From a bacterium (GTDB lineage: Bacteria > UBA8248), in NCBI GenBank assembly GCA_965204535.1, contig OZ241996.1, forward strand, positions 224,001 through 288,000: a stretch of 64,000 nt of DNA, given 5' to 3'. Positions 56,956-64,000 of the stretch are shown piece by piece. A program made the position numbers and the translations under genes. Each line of letters begins with the position of its first letter. Position 1 is the stretch's first letter. The notes under the pieces were generated by a model. It had not been told where the DNA came from. It saw nothing but the letters and a program-made list of their open reading frames with translations, and did no database searches.

Positions 56956-59202
56956 ATGGCTCAGATGACGCACGTCGGCGCGTCGCCGACGAAAGAAGAC
57001 GCCCTGGCGAAGGCGGTCGGCGACACGGTCTACGGTGATGACTTCCACATGCCGGGCGAGATTTACGGGAAAGTCGTCCGCGCCTCGATGACGCCGGCGA
57101 GGATCAAGAAGATAGACGCCGGCGAGGCGCTCGCCCTTCCGGGCGTGCACTGCGTCCTGACGGCGAAGGACATTCCCGGCCTGAACGCGGGCCGCTACCC
57201 CGATTACCCGGTGCTGGCCGAAGACCTCGTGGTCGATATCGGAGACGCGGTCGCGCTCGTGGCCGCCGACACGCGGGACCTGGCCGAAGAAGCGGCCTCG
57301 CTCGTGCGCGTCGCCTACGAGCCGCTGCCGGGGGCGTACGACTTCGCCTCCCTTGAAGAGGGCGAGGTGGTCTGCGATTGGAAGGCGGGCAAGGGCGACG
57401 TGGAGGCGGGCTTCGCCGAGGCGGACGTTATCGTCGAGAAGACCTATTTCTCCGCCTGTCTGGATCACGCCTTCATCGAACCAGAAGGCGGCGTGGCCTG
57501 GGTGGACGAGCGCGGGGTGGTGAACATCCGCGTGCCCACGCAGATGATCGAGAACTACCAGAACGTGGCGCGGACGCTGGGATTGCCGCTCAGCCGCGTG
57601 CGGTATGACTGCCCGATGCTGGGCGGGGCGTTCGGGGGCAAGGAGCATCCGCTGCTCGGTGCTTTCATGGCGCTCCTGTCGATCCGCACGGGGCGGCCCG
57701 TGCGCATGGCCTACTCGCGCGAGGAGACCATGAACACCGGCAGCAAGAAGCATCCCTTCCTCATGAAGTACAGGACGGGCGCGACGAAGGACGGAAAGCT
57801 CACCGCCATAGAAGTCGACATCATCGGCGATGCGGGCGGCTATACGGCCAACAGCAAGGGGCTGTTGCTGGGCGCGCTGGTGGTGAGCGCGGGCCCCTAT
57901 GAGATACCCAACGCGCGGGGCCGCTCGCGCGCTGTCCGGACGAACAACCCCTTCACCGAGGCGATGCGCGGCGTGGGCGCGAACCAGGTGTGCTTCGCCT
58001 ACGAGGCGCAGATGGATGAGCTCGCGGAGCGGCTGGGGATGGACCCGCTCGAGTTCCGCGAGAAGAACTTCATCGCCAAGGGCCAGACCCTCATACAGAA
58101 TCAGCCCGTGCCCACGCGCGTGATGCTGCCCGAACTGGCGGAGGAGACGAAAAAGCTCATCGGCCGCTCGGCGGGCCGCGTCCCCGAAAAAGACCACGGC
58201 CCCTGGCGCGTCGGCGTCGGGATCATCGGGAACGTCGGGGGATACGGAAGGCCGAGGAACGAGGGCGAGGTCTACGTGGGCATCGATGAGGACGGCAGCG
58301 TGAGCGTGCGCACCGGCGCTTCGGACGTCGGCGCGGGCCAGACGCAGACGAACCGCCAGATTGCGGCGGAAGCCTTGGGAATAGCGCTCGAGGACGTGAC
58401 GGTGACGATGTCGGACTCCCACGTCACCCCGCTGGTAGGGGTCACTGCAGGATCGCGCCAGACGATGATCTCGGGCGGCGCGTGTTACCGGGCGTCGGCG
58501 GAACTCAAGAACAGAATCCTCAAGGGCGCCGCCGAACTTCTCGAAGCGAACCCTGAGGACCTGGATATCCGCGAAGGCAGGGTGTACGTGAAAGCGGCCG
58601 AAGAGCGCGATGTCTCCTTTAAGGAAGCCGTGGCGCAGTGCAGGAAGATGGGCGTCGACCTCCACGCCGTGGGCAAGACGAAGCTCGGCGTCCACGAATA
58701 CGAGGGCAACGAGCAGTACGGCGACGCGGGCGGCTGGATGGACTACGTGTTCGGCATCCACGCGGCGGAAGTCGAGGTGAACGTCGATACGGGCGAACTC
58801 CGCGTGCTCAACTACTGGTCGGGCCACGACGTGGGCCAGTCCATCAACTTGCAGCACGTGGAAGGCCAGTTCGAGGGCGGCGCGATGATGGGCGTCGGCC
58901 ACGCCCTGACCGAAGAGGTCCTGACGCAAAAGGGCGCGCTCCTGAACAACGAGTTCCACGGCTACCTCATCCCCACCTCGGTGGACACGCCCGAGTGGGA
59001 CAACGTGATCCTGGAATCCGGCGAGGGGCTCGGCCCCTACGGGGCGAAGGGCATCGGCGAGCCCCCCTGCACGGCGGCCGCCGCCGCCGTGGCGTGTGCG
59101 GCGGGCCAGGCGATAGGCGCGCGCCTCACGCGCATCCCCATCACGCCGGACCACGTGCTGGAGGTGCTGGGACGGCTCAAGACGAACGGAAGCCAAGGCT
59201 AG
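56956..59202 (+). CDS. Xanthine dehydrogenase family molybdopterin-binding subunit
   Basis: HAFIEPE, GGAFGGK, AMRGVG, DVGAG, GSRQT, GQFEGG..MG.G, GPYGAKGIGE; AGGAGG RBS. Confidence 0.93.
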   Translation: MAQMTHVGASPTKEDALAKAVGDTVYGDDFHMPGEIYGKVVRASMTPARIKKIDAGEALALPGVHCVLTAKDIPGLNAGRYPDYPVLAEDLVVDIGDAVALVAADTRDLAEEAASLVRVAYEPLPGAYDFASLEEGEVVCDWKAGKGDVEAGFAEADVIVEKTYFSACLDHAFIEPEGGVAWVDERGVVNIRVPTQMIENYQNVARTLGLPLSRVRYDCPMLGGAFGGKEHPLLGAFMALLSIRTGRPVRMAYSREETMNTGSKKHPFLMKYRTGATKDGKLTAIEVDIIGDAGGYTANSKGLLLGALVVSAGPYEIPNARGRSRAVRTNNPFTEAMRGVGANQVCFAYEAQMDELAERLGMDPLEFREKNFIAKGQTLIQNQPVPTRVMLPELAEETKKLIGRSAGRVPEKDHGPWRVGVGIIGNVGGYGRPRNEGEVYVGIDEDGSVSVRTGASDVGAGQTQTNRQIAAEALGIALEDVTVTMSDSHVTPLVGVTAGSRQTMISGGACYRASAELKNRILKGAAELLEANPEDLDIREGRVYVKAAEERDVSFKEAVAQCRKMGVDLHAVGKTKLGVHEYEGNEQYGDAGGWMDYVFGIHAAEVEVNVDTGELRVLNYWSGHDVGQSINLQHVEGQFEGGAMMGVGHALTEEVLTQKGALLNNEFHGYLIPTSVDTPEWDNVILESGEGLGPYGAKGIGEPPCTAAAAAVACAAGQAIGARLTRIPITPDHVLEVLGRLKTNGSQG

Positions 59203-59236
59203 ACGAAAAGACTGAATACAGACTCTCCACACATGA

Positions 59237-59266
59237 AACGCCCCGCACGCGCTGCGGGGCGTTTTT
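59237..59266 (+). terminator. Terminator-like hairpin (near copy at 61294-61322)
   Basis: AAACGCCCCGCA-cgcgc-TGCGGGGCGTTTTT. Confidence 0.7.
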
Positions 59267-59304
59267 GCGTCTACGGTTGCGATAGAAAAATACTTCCCCT
59301 CATG

Positions 59305-59523
59305 GAGGGTTGTTGAAAAAGCTCCTGAGAGGGAAATCCCATAAAGGCAACCCCCCCTACCCCCCCTTGTCAGGGGGGTATAAAAAGGCGATGCGCCCTC
59401 GCCGGGCTGAGGGGGTTTTGTTTTTTCTTGCCCCCCTGACAAGGGGGGGTAGGGGGGGTTGCTTTTCAGTCGAGAGGGATGCCCCCTCTACCCCCTGACA
59501 AGGGGGCTTTTTCGACAATTCTC
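59305..59523. mobile_element. MITE unit E
   Basis: GAGGGTTGTTGAAAAAGC ... GCTTTTTCGACAATTCTC around the same long hairpin core; shares GAGAGGGAAATCCCATAAAGGCAACC-like leader with unit C. Confidence 0.75.
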
Positions 59524-59952
59524 CCCTCGGTCGGGATCCCACCGTAGGGACAGGTCGCGACCTGTCCCTACAAGGCGAATGCGGTTTTGATCGTCATTCC
59601 AGCGTAGTGACATGGCTTCGACGGAAGCGAGGGAGTGTAGGTGGCAGCCCCTCCTCGGGGCTGCCCCACACATAAATGCGACCCTGCTATTTTTGCCGCC
59701 CAGCAATGGGCCGCATGAATGCGGCCCCTACAATTGGTATTCCTGACGAAGGGGAGTGGTTTCGCCTATGCCCGTCATTCCGCCGCACACCGAATTTCCA
59801 CAAGTGGAACCCGGCCCCGTCATAACTACAGATAGGCTGAAATGAAGGAATACGAGAAGCGGCTGCCGTACGAGAATGTGCGGCAACGCCGCTTGTCCAG
59901 CGATACAGAAGAGATTGCGCCGCCGGGATTGAGTGATCGGGGAGGGAAAATC

Positions 59953-61083
59953 ATGCACATCAGACCTTTGAAAGGGCGCCCGGCCCGCAGGGTGCGGATT
60001 GCATCGAGAATGTTCCGGGCGTGTGGCGTCGCCGTTCTGCTCGCCTGCGCGGTCGCAATCGGGCTGCCCCCGCCGGCCAATGCTACAGCGGGGAAGGACT
60101 ACCGCCTGAGCGGCCCCTACACGCAGAACAATCTCTCCATCTATCTGATCCACCGCGAGGGCCGAAGCGAAGGCCCCGCGCCGATCACCCTGGGCGAGGC
60201 GATGAGGCGGGGCCTCGTCAAGGTCGTCGAAACCGGCAGCGTCAGCCGCCTCAAGGTCCGCAACCTGGGGGATCGCGAGGTCTTCATCCAGTCGGGCGAC
60301 ATCGTCAAGGGCGGCAAGCAGGACCGCGTCCTGCTCACCAGCCTGATCGTCCCCCCGAAGTCGGGCTACATCCCCATCGGCGCCTTTTGCGTGGAGCAGG
60401 GCAGGTGGGCCAGGCGCGGCCTGGAGAATGTAATGGCGTTTTCGACCTCCGCATACCGCATGCCTTCCAGGGCCGGCAAGATTGCGATGATGAAAAGCAT
60501 GGGCTACGAGACCGCTCCCGAAGCCGTTTGGAGCGGAAGGTTGGGGAGGATACGGCGGCGGAGAGGCGCATCCCTTCAGGGCGAAGTGTGGCGCTCGGTC
60601 GGGATGATACAGCAGGGGTTGGGCCGGGCCGTGCGGGCGCAAGTCGCCGACGAACGCTCGCGATCGAGCCTTCAGTTGTCATTGGAGAACAAGCGCCTCG
60701 CCTCGGCCCTCGTGGGCTATGAGAAAGCCCTGGGTGGACTGTCGGCAAAGCATCCGGATGCCGTGGGCTATGTCTTCGCGGTGAACGGCAGGATCAACAG
60801 CGGCGATGAATTCGAGAGCACCGGCCTGTTCCGCAAGCTGTGGCAGCGGCAACTCAAGGCGGCGGCGACGGAGGCCATTGCCGAAAAAGGCGCGCCCAAG
60901 CGCATACGGCCGACGCTTGCCGAGGTCGCCGCGTTCATCGATTCCGCGCGCGCCGCGAAGCCCGCTTTGAGAGCGATGCCGGGAGGCTTGAACCTGGAGA
61001 CGCGCAAGGCGAGCGAGTCGTTCTACATGGAAGTCCGGCGCGGGAACGACCGCTGGGTGCACCGGAACTTCGTCGCCCGCTAA
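59953..61083 (+). CDS. Secreted DUF6569/ARPP-1-like domain protein
   Basis: Signal peptide; NLSIYLI, V.ETGSV..L.V.N.....VFI..GDIVKGGKQDR, FCVEQGRW, QGEVW, VG.VFAVNG.I...D.F....LF.K.W. Start could be 59953 or 60010. Confidence 0.75.
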   Translation: MHIRPLKGRPARRVRIASRMFRACGVAVLLACAVAIGLPPPANATAGKDYRLSGPYTQNNLSIYLIHREGRSEGPAPITLGEAMRRGLVKVVETGSVSRLKVRNLGDREVFIQSGDIVKGGKQDRVLLTSLIVPPKSGYIPIGAFCVEQGRWARRGLENVMAFSTSAYRMPSRAGKIAMMKSMGYETAPEAVWSGRLGRIRRRRGASLQGEVWRSVGMIQQGLGRAVRAQVADERSRSSLQLSLENKRLASALVGYEKALGGLSAKHPDAVGYVFAVNGRINSGDEFESTGLFRKLWQRQLKAAATEAIAEKGAPKRIRPTLAEVAAFIDSARAAKPALRAMPGGLNLETRKASESFYMEVRRGNDRWVHRNFVAR

Positions 61084-61138
61084 ACCGGCGCCCGCCGACC
61101 CGGTCGGGCGGGCGGGGCTTGCCCTGGATACAGGAAAT

Positions 61139-61286
61139 GCCGGTCGGGGTGTTCTTAGGCGGCACGCCCCGACCGGCCGGCACGAGGAGTGCTGATTGGG
61201 TCGGCGCTCCTCCGCCACGCAATCATCCATCTCGCATCTACCCCCTGCGAGAGCCTCCTCCCGGAGACAGGAGGAGGTTTTTCTTT
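61139..61286 (+). ncRNA. Candidate structured small RNA, copy 2
   Basis: Near-identical to 55644-55791 in its 3' two-thirds; the first stem is rewritten with compensatory pairs. Confidence 0.65.
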
Positions 61287-61435
61287 CGGGTGAAGCGCCC
61301 CGCACGCGCTGCGGGACGTTTCTGCGTCGACGGCTGGGAGTGAATCCCGACCTTCGAGATTTTTCCGCAGGGACAGGTCGTGCCCCGTTCCTGCAATCTC
61401 TCATCACGCATCCGACTCTCATGGGGAATGCTCTT

Positions 61436-61508
61436 GTAGGGGCCGCATATTATGCGGCCCTGACTTTCATCGACAAAACACGGGTCGCATAATATGCGAC
61501 CCCTACAA
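61436..61508. repeat. GTAG-type REP doublet (similar REPs at 42229, 43288, 50859, 51163-51266, 59544-59731, 63566-63637)
   Basis: GTAGGGGCCGCATATTATGCGGCCC ... GGGTCGCATAATATGCGACCCCTAC: GTAG foot plus palindrome in an inverted pair. Confidence 0.85.
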
Positions 61509-61699
61509 ACACCCTGCAAAGGACAATGTGCGCAAAGGCGGCGAGCGCGCCGCCGGCCCCTCCCCCTCGCGGGGGGTTTTGGGCAATCCCAGGGAGGGAG
61601 GGCTTGCTCCGAGCGGATAAGCAAGGCCTGCCGTATCGCATCTTCTTGTCTTTCCCTGTAGGATGCGCGCGAAGCCCGCCCATTCGTAGAGACGTGCGC

Positions 61700-63529
61700 A
61701 TGCTCTCGACTCTGGACTGGTCGCTCATTCTCGGCTACATCGTTTTCGCCTTGATCGTCGGTGTTCTCACCTCACGAGTGGCGTCTAAGAGCCTGGCTTC
61801 ATATTTCGTGGCCGGGCGCAGCCTGCCCTGGTGGTGGATAGGCACCTCGATGGTGGCGACCACGTTCGCCTCGGACACCCCCCTCGTCGTGGCCGGCATC
61901 GTCGCCAAGCGCGGGATTTCGGGAAACTGGTTCTGGTGGGCGTGGGTCATCGGGAACGTGGGCGTCGCGGTCTTCTTCGCCCCTCTTTGGCGGCGCGCGG
62001 GCGTGGTGACCGACGCCGAACTCATCGAACTGCGCTACGGGAGCGGCCCCGGCGCATTCCTGCGCGGCTTCAAGGCCGTCTATTCCTCCCTCATCGTGAA
62101 CCTGATCGTCCTGGGCTGGGTGTTCCGCGCCATGGCGAAGATCGCCGAGCCCTTCTTGAGATGGGAGGAGATTCTGCCCCAAAACCTGTGGACGGCCGTC
62201 GAGGCGTACTGGCCCGCGGTCCTCACGATGGGAAGCGTGAACGAAAGCGTAACGGTCGCCCTGCTCGTCTTGATGATAGCGGCGTATGCGAGCGCGGGCG
62301 GGATCCGCGGCGTCATGCTCACCGACCTGTTCCAGTTCGTCATCGCGATGGCTGGCAGTTGCCTGTTCGCGTGGTACGCCGTCGAAGCCGTGGGCGGGCT
62401 CTCGGGCATGAGCGCGAAGCTGGGCGAGATTTACGGCGCGGAGGGCGCGGCGAACATCACCTCCTTCTTCCCGCCCGAGGGCGCGGGATGGGCGGGGGCG
62501 CAGGTGATCCTCATCTATCTGTTCGTGGTCTGGTGGGCGCACAACAACGCCGACGGCGGGGGCTACATCGGCCAGAGGCTGTGCTCGGCGCGCTCGCCGA
62601 GGGACGCCCAGGCGGGCGCTTTCCTCTTCACGGTCGGGAACTACGTCCTGAGGCCCTGGCCGTGGATACTCATCGGCCTGGTGAGCCTGATCCTCGTGCC
62701 CAAGGGGGTGGACGTTCTCCCAGGTTCCATGGAGGCGAAAATTCTCGCCGACCGCGAGGCGGCCTATCCCCTCCTGATGGAGAAACTTCTGCCGGCGGGG
62801 GTTCTCGGCCTTGTGCTCGTGGGTCTTTTGGGTGCGTTCATGAGCACGGTGGACACGCACCTGAACTGGGGGATGAGCTATCTCGTGAACGACGTATATG
62901 CGCGCTTCATCAGAAAAGGAGCGGGCGCGCGCGAAGTCGTCTTCGTGAGCCGGCTGGGCGTGTTGATCATGGCGCTCGGCGCTTTCGCCGTGGCGGGGCA
63001 AATCAAAAGCATCGAGGTGGCGTGGAAGTTCCACATCTCGCTCGGTGCGGGGCTGGGGCTTCCGGTGATCCTGCGCTGGCTGTGGTGGCGCGCGAACGCC
63101 TGGACGGAGATTGCAGGAATGCTGGCCGCGGGCGCGACCGCCCTCTATCTCCACTGGGATGGGGAGCCGCCCGCATTTCCCGTATTGCTGGCCGCGGAGG
63201 TGGGCGTCGGCTTCGCGGCGATGCTGATAGTCACCTTCATCACGAGGCCCGCGAGGCCGGATGTTTTAAGGAACTTCTGGATAAGCGTGCGCCCGCCGGG
63301 CGCATGGGGGCGGGTGCGCGGGCCGGATGCGCGTTCGGCGCCCGTATCGGCGCTCGCGGGTCTGTGGCTGGCTTTAAGCGTATTCGTCTTCGCCTTGATG
63401 TTCCTGGTCGGGGCGCTGCTCGTGGGCACCTGGACGCAGGCGGGCGGGCTCGCGCTCCTGGCGGGGTTCTCCCTCTGCACGGCGTGGTGGATCGACCGGA
63501 GGTATCGCTACGGCATTTTGTTCGTGTAG
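61700..63529 (+). CDS. Sodium:solute symporter family protein
   Basis: YF.AGRSLPWW..GTSMVATTFASDTP, AFMSTVDTHLNWG.SYLVND.Y, LRW.WWR.NAW.EI. Confidence 0.92.
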   Translation: MLSTLDWSLILGYIVFALIVGVLTSRVASKSLASYFVAGRSLPWWWIGTSMVATTFASDTPLVVAGIVAKRGISGNWFWWAWVIGNVGVAVFFAPLWRRAGVVTDAELIELRYGSGPGAFLRGFKAVYSSLIVNLIVLGWVFRAMAKIAEPFLRWEEILPQNLWTAVEAYWPAVLTMGSVNESVTVALLVLMIAAYASAGGIRGVMLTDLFQFVIAMAGSCLFAWYAVEAVGGLSGMSAKLGEIYGAEGAANITSFFPPEGAGWAGAQVILIYLFVVWWAHNNADGGGYIGQRLCSARSPRDAQAGAFLFTVGNYVLRPWPWILIGLVSLILVPKGVDVLPGSMEAKILADREAAYPLLMEKLLPAGVLGLVLVGLLGAFMSTVDTHLNWGMSYLVNDVYARFIRKGAGAREVVFVSRLGVLIMALGAFAVAGQIKSIEVAWKFHISLGAGLGLPVILRWLWWRANAWTEIAGMLAAGATALYLHWDGEPPAFPVLLAAEVGVGFAAMLIVTFITRPARPDVLRNFWISVRPPGAWGRVRGPDARSAPVSALAGLWLALSVFVFALMFLVGALLVGTWTQAGGLALLAGFSLCTAWWIDRRYRYGILFV

Positions 63530-63790
63530 GTAAATCTTGTGTTTGAAGAGAAATTGAGCCTACCGTAGGGACAACCCCCTGTGGTTGTCCTTCTTTATGA
63601 TTTGCGAAAAGGACAGGCACGGGGGCCTGTCCCTACAGAATTCACGTTTGAACCCATGGCCGGGATATGGGATAAAATGGTTTTGTGATGCCGCCTATGC
63701 GTCAAGGTCATCGGCAAGTGGGGGAAGTTGTCACGGCCGCTTTCGGACGGCGGAGAGAGAATCCCTGCTTCGGGATGGGGGGATGGAACA

Positions 63791-63952
63791 ATGGAAAGCA
63801 ACATCTGGATAGGCTTCATCGTGGTCGTCATCACGATCGTCGGTTCCCACACATGGCTTCACAGGGACATCGCCGAACTCCGGGAACGCATGGCGAAACT
63901 GGAAGGGACGTTCGAGGGCTTCATGACCTCGCAGCGCAAATCTGCGGACTAG
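63791..63952 (+). CDS. Small protein with a TM helix and short coiled coil
   Basis: MESNIWIGFIVVVITIVGS..LHRDIAELRERMAKLEG.FEGF; purine-rich RBS upstream. Confidence 0.65.
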   Translation: MESNIWIGFIVVVITIVGSHTWLHRDIAELRERMAKLEGTFEGFMTSQRKSAD

Positions 63953-64000
63953 CCGGTTCTTCAACCAGCAATCACCGTTTTCATCTCAAATTATGGAAAT

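Noticed and set aside
56710-59442. 910-aa minus-strand ORF and similar long ORFs (34780-36417, 61831-63546, 43658-44989, 3961-5292)
   Set aside because: Antisense or alternate-frame shadows of well-supported genes in GC-rich DNA; no motifs.
43343-59523. Repeated CCCTACCCCCCCTTGTC units as a CRISPR array
   Set aside because: Copies are dispersed, internally palindromic and lack regular spacers; no cas genes.

Overview
GC-rich bacterial window. The gene content and repeat style suggest an uncultured Nitrospinota/Tectomicrobia/delta-type lineage, but this is inference only. Four zones. (1) 1-5130 is core DNA: 3' part of groEL, a TonB protein with an internal duplication, a DtxR/MntR regulator, a cupin and gpsA. 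(2) 5080-41841 is a ~36.5 kb block bracketed by a degenerate direct repeat of the gpsA 3' end plus downstream sequence, i.e. an att-like island with no visible integrase. It starts with a decayed IS1111 (IS110 family) element; an intact IS66-like element (TnpC + DUF4338/DruA-like gene) has inserted into that element's 3' non-coding, bridge-RNA-type end. Catabolic cargo follows: CoA transferase, three paralogous DHPON-type hydrolases, two hydantoinase/oxoprolinase A/B pairs, two ABC systems, and LeuA-like/PrpD-like/PrpB-like enzymes, of which the LeuA-like and PrpB-like ones have altered catalytic motifs. (3) 42-55 kb holds orphan antitoxin-like genes, an IS1182 element, an NreB-like MFS, tctCBA and an ArsR/SRPBCC operon. 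Six non-autonomous units bounded by IS1182-type termini and filled with hairpins/REPs are spread over 43-60 kb. (4) 55-64 kb holds a sigma54-driven, four-hairpin, terminator-ended non-coding RNA candidate present in two copies with compensatory base changes, plus oxidoreductases, a secreted DUF6569/ARPP-1-like protein and a sodium:solute symporter. All family calls are from motif recognition by eye; no searches were run.
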